Of a stretch of 64,000 nt of DNA, positions 1 through 9,610 are shown piece by piece. Source of the DNA: Candidatus Tectimicrobiota bacterium. Its GTDB lineage: Bacteria; JACPUC01. The DNA lies in NCBI GenBank assembly GCA_016192455.1, contig JACPUC010000026.1, forward strand, positions 78,902 through 142,901, in the 5' to 3' direction. How positions within the stretch are numbered: the first letter of the stretch is position 1; each line of letters opens with the position of its first letter. Under the pieces are notes generated by a model that did no database searches, had not been told where the DNA came from, and was given only the letters and a program-made list of their open reading frames with translations. A program made the position numbers and the translations under genes.

Positions 1-3000
1 CCCCGCCAGTGCTCGAGGACGTGATGCGCGAGCTGCCCCACCTCGCGGCCGGGAAGCTCAACCTCCTTGTCGAGATCAAAGGCCGCGCCCGGCTGCTGCT
101 TCCCCCATGCTTCCGGGGCTTCCTCCACGTAGCGGTAGAAGTAGCGTTTCGGGCATTGGCGGTAGGTGTGGAGCTGCGTCACGCTGAAGCAGGGCGCCGC
201 CCCAGCCGCTTCCACCGGCGCGACGCGGCTGCGCAGCTCCTCCGCCGGTAGGGGAGGAGCCGCAAGCGCGACCGCCTCGCGCAGCGGCAGCGCCGCCGCC
301 TCGGCGCTCCCGGCGCGCGCCGCGCGCACCACGTAGCTGGCTCTTCCCAGCGCGCGCACCTCTGCGGCGCCGGCAGCCGTGTCCGGCAGGTCGAGCAACG
401 CCGTCAGCCAGGACATCCAGCTTGCCGCGCCGCGTGCATTGCCGCCCGCGCCCTCGGCGGCCCCGACGAAGATCAGCCGGTCCCGCGCCCGCGTGCAGGC
501 AACGTAGAAGAGGCGGCGCCGCTCGGCCTCCTCCTTGCGCGCCTCGCGGGCTAGCGCCACCTGGTACGCCACCGGCTCCGCCTCGCTCTCGACCCCAGCG
601 CGCAGCCCCAGGCCGCAGCCGGCCCCCGTCCGCGGCTCGTAGTCAACGATGAGCCGCGACTTGCGGGCAGGCGGGCGGCGACTCAGATCGGGCAGGATGA
701 CGACGGGGAACTCCAGCCCTTTCGCGGCATGCACCGAGAGGAGCTGCACCCCGCCGCCCGCGCGGCTTGCCTCCGGCTCCGGGACCTCGATGCGGCTCTT
801 CTCGATATGCTCCAGGTAGAGCAGGAAGTCGCACAGGCTCCCCTGTTGGGAAGCCTCGAACGCTTCCGCCAGCTCCAGGACCTTGCGCACCACCACGACG
901 CGCTCCTCGCCTCCCGGCAGAGCGCCGAGCACCGCTTCGAGGCCCGAAGCCTCCAACGCCTCGGCCAGCAGCTCCGGCACCGTGGCGCGGTCGCGGCGGG
1001 CCCGCAGCCGCCGCAGCAGGTCGGCGGCAAAGTCGAGGGCGCGGCGATCGGGTGCGTCGATCTCCGCGATCCCCCCGGCCGCCGCCAGCCCCTCGTGCAG
1101 CGTGGCCCGCTGCGTCAGCCAGAAGAGGCCTTCGTCGGAAGCGGCCACCAGGGGCGAGCGCAGCAGCCCCGCCAGGGCGAGGTCATCCTCCTCGAAGGCG
1201 ACGCAGCGCAGCAGGCTGACGAGATCGAAGTACTCCTGCCGCTTGAAGAAGTCAGCCCGCACCAGCACCCGGTAGGGGATGCCTTGGCGTTGCAGCGCCT
1301 GCTCATAGATGGGAGCCGAGGTCATGGCCTGGAAGAGCAAGGCCACCTCGCGGTAGGCGACCCCCTCGTCCTCCACCAGGGCCTTGATGCGGCAGGCGAT
1401 CGAGTCGGCCTCCTCGACGCGGAGATCATCCAGAGAGCGCCTCCCCTCCGTCCCGGCGCGGTCCAGGAGGAGCACCTCCACGCAAGGTTCCGCGGAGATT
1501 CCCGGACGCTTCGGCAGCAGTTGCTCGTGGCCTACCTCGTAAGGCTTCAGGACGCCGACGGGCATGAGCCGCTCAAACAGCTCGTTCAGGAAGTCCAGCA
1601 GGCCGGGAAGGCTGCGGAAGTTCTCCTGCAGGCAATGGGCGGCCACGCCGGAGGCCGGCCCCTGGCGCTGCAAGGCATTGAAAATCTCCACCTCCGCCCG
1701 CCGGAAGCGATAGATCGACTGCTTCGCATCGCCGACGTAGAAGGTCGCGGCGCCGTCCGTGGGGCCAGCCTCTCCTGCAGCCGTCGGGGTCGGCGCCGCG
1801 GTGCCGGCAGGCATCGGGAAAGGATCAGTCGGCGCCGGCCCGCGCGACAGCAAGGAGAGCACCTCGTCCTGCACGTAATCGACATCCTGGAATTCATCCA
1901 CCAGGTAGTAGCGGAACCGGCGCTGCAGCGCTGCTCGAATCCCCTCGTGGCGGCGAAGCAGATCGCGGCTGCGATACAGGAGGTCGTCGAAGTCGAGCTC
2001 GCCGCGGTGTCCCTTCTCCACCGCATAGCGCCGCTGAAGCTGCCGAAACGCTTCCAGGAAGGCGCCGTAAAGCTCGGCCGCCTGCTCATCCACCTCCCCG
2101 AGGTGCAGATCGAGGCGGGCGGAGCTTCGCTTGGTCAACGGCTGCACCAGCTCGCGCAGGCTCACTGCGGCGGCGCGGAAGGCCTCCAGGTCGGCGTCGC
2201 GCCAGTGCTGGCCCTTACCGGAATTTATCCGAAACCCCCGGAACATCGTCATGAGGGCCGCCGCGCTCGCTTCGACATCTGCCGCGCGCTCCACCTCCTC
2301 GGCGCAATCCAGAATCTTGCGGCGGGCCAGTTCGGCCTTGTCGCCAGGAGCGCCGCCGACGCTCCGCAGCGTGGCAAGCGCGGCCCGCCAGCGCGGCTCT
2401 CGGACGACCTCCGCAAGGAGGCTCGCCTTGTACTCCCGGAGCTGCTCGGCCCAGCGAGCCAGGAGCGCCCCGGCGGGGACACGCGGCTCCTCTCCCAGGC
2501 GCTGCCCAAGCCAGGCCCCTAACCACTCCACCAGATGTCGCTGGTCGAGGCACTCGAGGAGCAACTCTTCGACGGCACGCAACCCCAGGCCCTCGACGAG
2601 CTGCCGGAAGGCGGCATCGTCTCGCCCGAGCAACCACGCCAAGGTCACCTCGCAAACCTCGGCGCGCCGGACCATCGCTTGCAGCTCATCCAGCTCCCGA
2701 AAGTGGGGGTCAACGCCCGCCTCGACGGCATAGTCATGCAGGATGGCGGCGAAGAAGCTGTGGATGGTGGAGATGTGGGCGCCTTCGAGGTCTTCCTCGT
2801 GGCTCCGCCAGAGCCGCCGCTGCGCCGGACGCGTCCGCTGCCGCTCCCGCACCGCCTCGCGGATGCGCTCCGTCATCTCGCTGGCGGCCTTGCGCGTGAA
2901 GGTGATGGCGACGATCTGCCTTACCCGCAGCCCGGCCTCCAGCGCCCACAGGTAGCGCGCGACGAGCACCGCCGTCTTCCCCGTGCCGGCGCCGGCGCTC

Positions 3001-3065
3001 ACCAGGATACGCGCCGACGACGATTCGATCGCGGCGCGCTGCTGCGACGTGGGAACGAAGTTCAC
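1..3065 (-). CDS. addA: AddA/RexA-like UvrD-family helicase-nuclease, partial (N-terminal ~1020 aa in window; C-terminus beyond left edge)
   Basis: Hand translation of the minus strand from GTG at 3065..3063 gives VNFVPTSQQRAAIESSSARILVSAGAGTGKTAVLVARYLWALEAG... (UvrD/Rep Walker A GAGTGKT) with no stop for >180 codons checked. Absent from the ORF track only because it runs off the window edge. GTG overlaps the addB TGA stop (GTGA). Confidence 0.8.
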   Translation of the reverse strand, partial: MNFVPTSQQRAAIESSSARILVSAGAGTGKTAVLVARYLWALEAGLRVRQIVAITFTRKAASEMTERIREAVRERQRTRPAQRRLWRSHEEDLEGAHISTIHSFFAAILHDYAVEAGVDPHFRELDELQAMVRRAEVCEVTLAWLLGRDDAAFRQLVEGLGLRAVEELLLECLDQRHLVEWLGAWLGQRLGEEPRVPAGALLARWAEQLREYKASLLAEVVREPRWRAALATLRSVGGAPGDKAELARRKILDCAEEVERAADVEASAAALMTMFRGFRINSGKGQHWRDADLEAFRAAAVSLRELVQPLTKRSSARLDLHLGEVDEQAAELYGAFLEAFRQLQRRYAVEKGHRGELDFDDLLYRSRDLLRRHEGIRAALQRRFRYYLVDEFQDVDYVQDEVLSLLSRGPAPTDPFPMPAGTAAPTPTAAGEAGPTDGAATFYVGDAKQSIYRFRRAEVEIFNALQRQGPASGVAAHCLQENFRSLPGLLDFLNELFERLMPVGVLKPYEVGHEQLLPKRPGISAEPCVEVLLLDRAGTEGRRSLDDLRVEEADSIACRIKALVEDEGVAYREVALLFQAMTSAPIYEQALQRQGIPYRVLVRADFFKRQEYFDLVSLLRCVAFEEDDLALAGLLRSPLVAASDEGLFWLTQRATLHEGLAAAGGIAEIDAPDRRALDFAADLLRRLRARRDRATVPELLAEALEASGLEAVLGALPGGEERVVVVRKVLELAEAFEASQQGSLCDFLLYLEHIEKSRIEVPEPEASRAGGGVQLLSVHAAKGLEFPVVILPDLSRRPPARKSRLIVDYEPRTGAGCGLGLRAGVESEAEPVAYQVALAREARKEEAERRRLFYVACTRARDRLIFVGAAEGAGGNARGAASWMSWLTALLDLPDTAAGAAEVRALGRASYVVRAARAGSAEAAALPLREAVALAAPPLPAEELRSRVAPVEAAGAAPCFSVTQLHTYRQCPKRYFYRYVEEAPEAWGKQQPGAAFDLDKEVELPGREVGQLAHHVLEHWR

Positions 3066-6000
3066 GGTGCTGCCTCGTCAGTCGTCGCCTCGTAGGCGCC
3101 CTCCCTCCCCTCCTCTTGCAGCTCGGTTTCGCTCCGCACCGAGTTGATCCGGCAGGCGGGGCGGAAGGGACAGCTCTCTTCGCAGTCTATCGGCGCCAAG
3201 CTGAAGTCGCCCTCGCGGAGCCGCGCCAGGAAGCGCGCGATATGCCTCCGCGTGCCCTCCTCGAGCTCCTCCCGCCATTGCTCCGACGCATCCCTGGGAG
3301 GCAGGACGTACTTCATGCGCTGCTTCTCATTCCTGAGATTCCTGAGCAGTACGTAGCCAGCCTGGAGAGGAGGCGCCTCCGGCAGCAGGCTGTGCACGGC
3401 CCAGACGTAGAGCGGCAACTGGAAGGTGATCCCCTGCTCAATGAAGTTTCCGCTGTCGCGAACCTGGCTGCGCTTGTAGTCGAGGACGATCGAGCCGCGC
3501 AGCTCGGGCGCACCCGCTGCATTTCGTTCGTAGACGTAGTCCACGCGGTCGATGACGCCGCGCAGGTGCACGGTCGTCGGCCCGCATGCGAAGCTCAGCG
3601 CTCCGCCCCGCCGTGGTGCGCCGGGGAGATGCAGGCCGGGGAGGGCCTCGGGACGACGAGAGGGATCCCCGGCATCATCCAGCGCCCCCCCCGCTCGCCC
3701 CGCCGCCACCCGGGCGGCAACGTGCCGCCCCGCCTCGCGGCGAGGGTCATGCCGCGGGGCTCGGCGCGGCGCGCCGAAGGGAAGCTCGAAGTAGGCCGGC
3801 AGGAGGAATCTCCCAGCCTTTTCAGCGCAGCGCGTCGCGTCGGCCTCCAGGAAGTCGGTGAGCACCTTCAGGAGCTCGCGCTGCTCGGCCTCCCAGCGAC
3901 CGGCATCGACGGGGAGCCACCCACGGGCAAAGCGCCGGAAGCTCTCCTCGGCGATCCGCCGCAATCGCGCGGCAGCGGCGGCGAGGTCCTCGGGGCGAAG
4001 CGGCAGGCGGCCCGCCGCGGCCTCCGCGGTGTAGAACTCCTCCAGGATGCCGTGCGCCAGGTTCCCCTCCTCGAGGGGTTGCAGAGGCCGCGCCCGGCTC
4101 TCGGCTGGCTTGAGGCGCAGGCGCTGGTTGGCGAAGTAGCGGAACGGGCACTTGCCATAGTCCGTCAGCGCCGTGGCGTTCAGGAAGCACTCGCCGTCCA
4201 GCTCCGCCGCCAGGGTGTCGCGCACCGCCGCGGCGCCGAGTCGTCCCGACCAGCGGCTGTGCTCATCGGCGCGCAGGCGCCGCTGCTCGACGCGCAGCGC
4301 CGCGAGGAGGCGCAGCAGCGTGGCATCCTCGGCGCTCTCCAGGAGGGGGAACGGCAGGGAGCGCGCTGTGCCGGGAGCGCTGACCGTCTTCGGCAGCAGC
4401 TCACGGAGCCGCCTCAGCCCCGGCGCCTCGCCCAGCTCCTCGGCGCGCGCGGCAGCGAGGCGCGCGAAGGCGGCGAGGCGCAGGTCGCCGAAGCGCCAGA
4501 CCTGCCGCGCCGGGAGCAGGACGCTTGCCGCGGCGCGGTGCTCGCGCGCCGGGGGGCTTACCTCGACGAGGCGCTCCACCTCGGCGAGGAAGGGTGAACG
4601 ACCGCTCTGGGGATCGGCCTCGTCCTCGCACGTATAGCCGAGGAGGAGCCGGCGGCTCGGGCGCGTGGCGCAGAGGTAGAAGAGGAGGCGCTCCTCTTGC
4701 TGGCGCGTCGTGCTGAGCTCGAGCCGATCATCGCGCAGGGGTGTTCCCGGAAGCGGGGCGAGGCGGCGGTTGAGCCGCGCCCGCGCCGCATCGTTCAGGA
4801 GCGGCGACTGGCGGGGCCGCGGCGGGAACGCACCCGACTCCACGTCGCCCAGGAGCAGCACGTCGAACTGACGCTGGCGCGCCGTGTTCGCATCGCAGAG
4901 CAGGATCGCCCGCTCCGCCGACTGCTGGCGCTTCTGCCACGGGAAGCGGCTCTCCTCCAGGCGTTCCTCGAGGTACGCGGCGAACGCCGCAAGTTCAATC
5001 GTGGCGCTGCCGCCCAGGCCGCCGAAGGCGGCCGCCGCGGCGCGCACTTCCTGGCGCCAGCGATGCAGCGCGCGCGCGTCGCGAGCGCGCAGGTCCTCCT
5101 GCTCCGAGGCGGCGATCGCCTCCTCAACACCCAGGCCGTCGAGAAAGGCCACGAGCTTCTCCGCCACGTCGCCGGCCTCGCTCCGCCGGGGAACCGCCTC
5201 GCCACGGGCGAAGAGCGCCTCGAAGCGGGAGATCGCCTCCTGGTGCCGCTGGAGCTGTGCCGCCGGCCCTTCGGCTGCGGCACGCGCCTCGTACGCTCCC
5301 TCCTCAGCGAGGTCGTCCTCCCGCGCCGCCACCTCCCCCCGGCAGCATCCTTCGAGGTAGGCGCGGCGCGCCGACAGCCGCTGGCGCCAGGAGGCCAACC
5401 CGCCGGTGACGCCGCAGGCGACCACGGCGGCGCGCAGCTCCACAAACGCCGCGCCAGACCGCCGCGGGGGGGGCGGTGCGTCAGGGGTGCCCGCGGCGGA
5501 GCCGCCAGGCCGCGGCTCGGGCACCGCCTCGTCCAGACCATAGTACGGACTGGTCATCAGATCGAGCACCGAGGGAGCCGGCCAGTCCTCGACGAGCAGC
5601 TTCAGGGCGCGCTGGCAGAAGCGCACCACCGGCTGGGCGGCGAGCGGCTCGGGGTCGGAGCAGGTGAACGGCAGGCCATGCGCCTCGAGGGCGCGCATGA
5701 GGCCGCGGCGGTGCCGATCGAGCTGGCGGGCCACCAGGCCGATTCCGCCCGGTTCGCAGACACCCTGCCGAATGAGGCGCTTGCAGGCAGCCGCCAGAAC
5801 CGCGTGCGCGGCGGCCTCGTTGCCGCCGCTCAGCACCTCGAGGCCGCCGGCGGCGGCGACCTTCGTCTCCTCGGCGCCGTCCTGCGCCGGTCGGAAGAGA
5901 TCGTGCTGCAAGACGCGCAGCGCCCCGGGAAGGTCCGTCGTCTCCGCCGCCCGCAGCTCGACGACCTCGTCGGCCAGCCCGCGCAGGCGCCGAGCCAGCG

Positions 6001-6745
6001 GCTCCACCAGGGCGTAGAGTTCAGGACGGCGGGATTCGTAGAGGAGCGTGGCCGTGGCCTGCTCGGCCCGTTCGATGAGCGCCTGCACGAAGGCCCACTG
6101 CAGCTCGTTGAAATCGTAGAAGCCGTCGATGGCGAGCAGCCGCAGCGGCGTGGGAAGTGCGTCCTCGCCGCTGCGCACCAGGGCGATGGCCTGCGCGAAG
6201 AGCGCCTCGCGATCAAGGAGATGGCGCTCGCGGCAGAGCGCGGCGTAGCGCTCCGCGACCCCGGCTAGCTCCCCGCAGCGGCGCCCCTCGGCCTGGTCGG
6301 CAAGGTGCGAGGCGGCGAGGCGCAAGTCCCCCGGCGCGATCCGGGCCTCGGCGATCTCGGTGAGGAGCGCGGCGAGGCTGGCTAGGAAACCCCGGTGCTC
6401 CAGCATCTGCGCCAGGCCCGTCAGGCGCCCGGCCGCGGCAATCTCGGCGCAGACCTCCTTGAGGAGGAGGCGGCGGTCGCTCGGGTTCAGCTCGCGCGCG
6501 GGCTTCGCGGCCTGGAGGAGACAGGCGCGCGCCGCGTCAAGCAGGAGCTTGAAGGGATTCCCCACGATGCCGCGCAGGGCGCCTTGGGCCACGAACCGCC
6601 GCCGCAGCGCCTCTGCGGCCACGTTCCCCGGCACGAGGACGAGGAGACCATCCCCCAGCGGGTTCTCTGCATAGGCATCAAGGAGGTGAGCAACGAGGCG
6701 GGTCGTCTTGCCGCTGCGGGGTGGGCCACAGAAGAGCCGGAACAT
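3062..6745 (-). CDS. addB: AddB/RexB-like helicase-nuclease subunit with C-terminal Fe-S nuclease domain
   Basis: Part of track ORF 3062..7042(-). Likely start at internal Met (MFRLFCGPPRSGKTT, Walker A), 99 codons in. Cys motifs CPFRYF... and CEESCPFRPACR are typical of the AddB Fe-S staple/PD-(D/E)XK nuclease. Immediately upstream of and coupled to addA. Confidence 0.8.
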   Translation of the reverse strand: MFRLFCGPPRSGKTTRLVAHLLDAYAENPLGDGLLVLVPGNVAAEALRRRFVAQGALRGIVGNPFKLLLDAARACLLQAAKPARELNPSDRRLLLKEVCAEIAAAGRLTGLAQMLEHRGFLASLAALLTEIAEARIAPGDLRLAASHLADQAEGRRCGELAGVAERYAALCRERHLLDREALFAQAIALVRSGEDALPTPLRLLAIDGFYDFNELQWAFVQALIERAEQATATLLYESRRPELYALVEPLARRLRGLADEVVELRAAETTDLPGALRVLQHDLFRPAQDGAEETKVAAAGGLEVLSGGNEAAAHAVLAAACKRLIRQGVCEPGGIGLVARQLDRHRRGLMRALEAHGLPFTCSDPEPLAAQPVVRFCQRALKLLVEDWPAPSVLDLMTSPYYGLDEAVPEPRPGGSAAGTPDAPPPPRRSGAAFVELRAAVVACGVTGGLASWRQRLSARRAYLEGCCRGEVAAREDDLAEEGAYEARAAAEGPAAQLQRHQEAISRFEALFARGEAVPRRSEAGDVAEKLVAFLDGLGVEEAIAASEQEDLRARDARALHRWRQEVRAAAAAFGGLGGSATIELAAFAAYLEERLEESRFPWQKRQQSAERAILLCDANTARQRQFDVLLLGDVESGAFPPRPRQSPLLNDAARARLNRRLAPLPGTPLRDDRLELSTTRQQEERLLFYLCATRPSRRLLLGYTCEDEADPQSGRSPFLAEVERLVEVSPPAREHRAAASVLLPARQVWRFGDLRLAAFARLAAARAEELGEAPGLRRLRELLPKTVSAPGTARSLPFPLLESAEDATLLRLLAALRVEQRRLRADEHSRWSGRLGAAAVRDTLAAELDGECFLNATALTDYGKCPFRYFANQRLRLKPAESRARPLQPLEEGNLAHGILEEFYTAEAAAGRLPLRPEDLAAAAARLRRIAEESFRRFARGWLPVDAGRWEAEQRELLKVLTDFLEADATRCAEKAGRFLLPAYFELPFGAPRRAPRHDPRREAGRHVAARVAAGRAGGALDDAGDPSRRPEALPGLHLPGAPRRGGALSFACGPTTVHLRGVIDRVDYVYERNAAGAPELRGSIVLDYKRSQVRDSGNFIEQGITFQLPLYVWAVHSLLPEAPPLQAGYVLLRNLRNEKQRMKYVLPPRDASEQWREELEEGTRRHIARFLARLREGDFSLAPIDCEESCPFRPACRINSVRSETELQEEGREGAYEATTDEAAP

Positions 6746-6824
6746 GGAGGAGCACCCTGGTTGCGAAGCGCCGCAGAACCCAAGGCGAGGTGGCGAAAAC
6801 GGTCGCGCCCGGCAGGCTTCGGCG

Positions 6825-7106
6825 CTACTGCGGGCGGGCCCGCACGGTGACGTGGTACATCGGTTTCTCGCGGTTGGCGAAGATCGCCCGGAACTGCTCT
6901 TTCGAGAAGCCGTAGTCGTCTCCGGGGCGGCGCCAGAAGTGCAGCTCAAGGTCTTTTCCCTGCCAGCGTCCCTTGACGATGATCTTCTCCTCCTTCGTCT
7001 CCACGAGGAAGCTCTGGTACGCCACTGCGTTGCCCCGGGCAAGCTGGCGGAAAAAGTTTTGCGACAGGGCGTCGTACTGTTTGACTGCGGGTTTCTTGGC
7101 CTTCAT
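6825..7106 (-). CDS. hypothetical small protein (93 aa, Lys-rich, non-GC-biased composition)
   Basis: ORF MKAKKPAVKQYDALSQNFFRQLARGNAVAYQSF... has protein-like composition unlike the antisense ORFs. Sits upstream of addB on the same strand. Confidence 0.45.
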   Translation of the reverse strand: MKAKKPAVKQYDALSQNFFRQLARGNAVAYQSFLVETKEEKIIVKGRWQGKDLELHFWRRPGDDYGFSKEQFRAIFANREKPMYHVTVRARPQ

Positions 7107-7293
7107 CCTGGCACTCGGAGCGTCATCACGAGAGGCGAGGGATTAAGGGAATCGGCGCGATCGGCGGCGCTGACCTCGCCGTACCGCGCGCTGCCTCCCA
7201 TGTAGCATGGGAAGAGGGGCAAGTCAAACTCGGCCCCCCTCGCGGCGGTCCCCGGCGGTCACTTGCCCCGGAGGCCGGCGAAGCGCGGCGGCC

Positions 7294-7710
7294 TCAGTCT
7301 GCCTCCGTCTCCAGGAACTCCTTCAGCACCGCGGCGCTGCAATGCGCCGCATCGCGGCTGGCAAAGAGGAGCGTGAGGACGCCGCGCCGACTCTGCTGAC
7401 GCAAGCAGGCCACGGCTTCCCGACGCTGGCGCAGCTCCTCCCGGTAGCGCCGCGCGAACTCCTGCCAGCGGCCGGCATCGTGGCCGTACCACGTCCGCAG
7501 CGCCGGGCTTGGGGCAACCTCCTTCAGCCAGCGGTCCACGGCGGCGCGCTCCTTCGTCAGCCCGCGCGGCCAGAGGCGCTCCACCAGCACGCGCAGGCCG
7601 TCCTCCGCCGAGCGCGCCTGGTAAATCCGCTTCAGCTTGATCTGGCGCTGCGTCGCCTTCCCTTTCGCAAGGGGTCCCCATTCGTCCCGCCACTGCCTTG
7701 TCAACGCCAC
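7294..7710 (-). CDS. DUF488 (YeaO-like) family protein
   Basis: IKLKRIYQARSAEDGLRVLVERLWPRGLTKERAAVDRWLKEVAPSPALRTWYGHD...EFARRYREEL matches the DUF488 signature (RVLVDRLWPRG...W.K...PS..LR.W). Confidence 0.75.
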   Translation of the reverse strand: MALTRQWRDEWGPLAKGKATQRQIKLKRIYQARSAEDGLRVLVERLWPRGLTKERAAVDRWLKEVAPSPALRTWYGHDAGRWQEFARRYREELRQRREAVACLRQQSRRGVLTLLFASRDAAHCSAAVLKEFLETEAD

Positions 7711-7910
7711 CTAATCATGGCAGATTTCTGAGAGCACACAAGCCGCCATGTGAACCTGACGCAAGCGAGGAGCTGGCGCGCGGTCGCGCGCCGACGAGCC
7801 GGCGGAGATCGGCACGCTCTCTCTCGAGGCGCGACGCCGGCAGCCGCCGCCCGACCCCGCGCACCTGCCATGATCGACCGAGCAGGACCGACCAGCATGA
7901 GGGACTCTTC

Positions 7911-8561
7911 ATGGACGCCTCGCTGATCGAGAACATGAAGCACATCAATGAGAAGTTCGGCCCCTTTTACCCCTACCTGGCGAAGCAGATGCACGAGACG
8001 CTGCAGCGCGCGCGCCGCGGCTGCGGCGGCGACGGGCGCGCGGGGGGCGCCGCGCTGGAGATCGGCCCCTACGCCCTGGGCATCTCGCTGGCGTTGGCCG
8101 AACTCTGCAGCGACTACGCCATCACCATCGTCGATGACGAGCCGGCGATGCTCGAGCAGTTCCGCCGCGATCTCGCCGGCCATCCGCGGGCGCGGCAGAT
8201 CACCATCACCGAGGGCGACAAGTACAACCTTCCCTTTCCCGCCAACAGCTTCGACCTCATCTTCTTCCGTGGGGCGCTCTTCTTCTGGGAGCGGCAGGGG
8301 CGCATCCTGGCGGAAATTCACCGCACCCTGAAGCCCGGCGGCGTGGGGATCGCCGGCGGCGGCTTCGGCAACGATGCGCCGAACGACCTCATCGAGGAGC
8401 ACCTGCCGGTTCTCCGCGACCTCAACCGCCGGCTCTACAAAAAGATTCTCGCCATCGAGGAGGTGCGCGACATCATCGCCCAAGCCGGCCTCCAGGAGCG
8501 GGCGCGCCTCACCCGCAAGCATGGGCTGTGGATCGAGATCACCAAGGAGACGGCGCCCTAG
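7911..8561 (+). CDS. class I SAM-dependent methyltransferase
   Basis: Internal Met (MDASLIENMKHINEK...) preceded by GAGGGA RBS. Methyltransferase fold motifs present (LEIGPY..G...LAEL, ITIVDDEP, LKPGGVGIAGG). The N-terminal 71 codons of the track ORF look like GC-rich read-in. Confidence 0.7.
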   Translation: MDASLIENMKHINEKFGPFYPYLAKQMHETLQRARRGCGGDGRAGGAALEIGPYALGISLALAELCSDYAITIVDDEPAMLEQFRRDLAGHPRARQITITEGDKYNLPFPANSFDLIFFRGALFFWERQGRILAEIHRTLKPGGVGIAGGGFGNDAPNDLIEEHLPVLRDLNRRLYKKILAIEEVRDIIAQAGLQERARLTRKHGLWIEITKETAP

Positions 8562-8626
8562 CGGCCGACGCGGAGTCCCATGACCGCCTCTCCAGCCAAT
8601 GACCCAGCAGTGAGAAGGAGTTCTCC

Positions 8627-9559
8627 TTGAGTCCCTGCAAGTTCGGCGTGACGATTGATGCGCCCCTCGGCCCGCACGCTTTCACCTTGGCGCGGCGGGC
8701 GGAGGAGTGGGGTTTTGACGGCCTCTGGGCGCGGGACCACGTTTCCTTCACCCAGTCGCTGCCCGACCCTCTCACCCTGCTGACAGGGTTTGCCGCGGTC
8801 ACCTCGCGCGTCACCATCGGCACGGGCATCTTCCTCTTCCCCTTGCGGCATCCCACCCTGGTGGCGAAGATGGTGGCCACCGCCGACTACCTCTCCGGCG
8901 GGCGCTTCATGTTCGGCATCGGCGTCGGCGGCGAGTTCCCGCAGGAGTGGGAGGGCTGCGGCATTCCCGTGAAGGAGCGCGGCAGCCGCTGCAACGAGGG
9001 GCTGGAGGTCGTCCGCCGCCTCTGGAGCGAGGAGCACGTGGCGCACCGGGGCACGCACTTCAGCTTCTCCGACGTGAATATCGACCCGAAGCCGGCGCGG
9101 CCGGGCGGTCCGCCGATCCTCATCGGCGGTCGCGGCGAGGTAGCCTTTCGGCGCGCCGCCCGCTACGGCAACGGCTGGATCCCTTACCTCCTGGACCCGC
9201 CGCGCCTGCGCGAGGGGCTGGCCACGATCCGCCGCTTCGCCGCGGAGGAGGGCCGCGGCGAGACACCGTTCTTTCTCTCCCCCCTCATCTACCTGCGCCT
9301 GGATCGAGATTACGAGTCGGCCCTGCGCTGGACGGCGAACCACCTTGGCGCGCGTTACAACCAGCCCTTCGAGAAGCCGGTGCGGCGCTACGCCCTGCTG
9401 GGCACGCCGGCGCAGGTCATCGAGCAGATCGGCCCCTACCTCGAGGCCGGCGTGACCCACATCATCTTCGAGCCGATGACGGACCCTGAAGGCTACGGCG
9501 ACCTCCTGCAAGCCATCGCCGGGGAGGTGCTGCCGAAGGCCCGCGTCATGACCGCCTAA
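8627..9559 (+). CDS. LLM-class F420-dependent oxidoreductase (luciferase-like monooxygenase family)
   Basis: FDGLWARDHVSF...GTGIFLFPLRHPTLVAKMVATADYLSGGRFMFGIGVGGEFPQEW...LLGTPAQVIEQI are typical of the TIGR03619/LLM F420-dependent class. Confidence 0.8.
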   Translation: MSPCKFGVTIDAPLGPHAFTLARRAEEWGFDGLWARDHVSFTQSLPDPLTLLTGFAAVTSRVTIGTGIFLFPLRHPTLVAKMVATADYLSGGRFMFGIGVGGEFPQEWEGCGIPVKERGSRCNEGLEVVRRLWSEEHVAHRGTHFSFSDVNIDPKPARPGGPPILIGGRGEVAFRRAARYGNGWIPYLLDPPRLREGLATIRRFAAEEGRGETPFFLSPLIYLRLDRDYESALRWTANHLGARYNQPFEKPVRRYALLGTPAQVIEQIGPYLEAGVTHIIFEPMTDPEGYGDLLQAIAGEVLPKARVMTA

Positions 9560-9610
9560 ACGCGCGGCAACGAGCGACCCTGATTCACCCCTTGAAAGAG
9601 GAAGCCGCCA

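Noticed and set aside
729-2522. 597-aa plus-strand ORF (and many 60-150-aa ORFs on both strands in 1..3060)
   Set aside because: Antisense or out-of-frame to the addA gene I translated by hand on the minus strand. Arg/Ala/Pro/Gln-rich low-complexity composition typical of GC-rich shadow ORFs.
3116-6268. Plus-strand ORFs 3116..4597 (493 aa) and 4697..6268 (523 aa), plus numerous minus-strand off-frame ORFs
   Set aside because: Shadow ORFs antisense to addB; no recognisable motifs; composition dominated by R/A/G/P.
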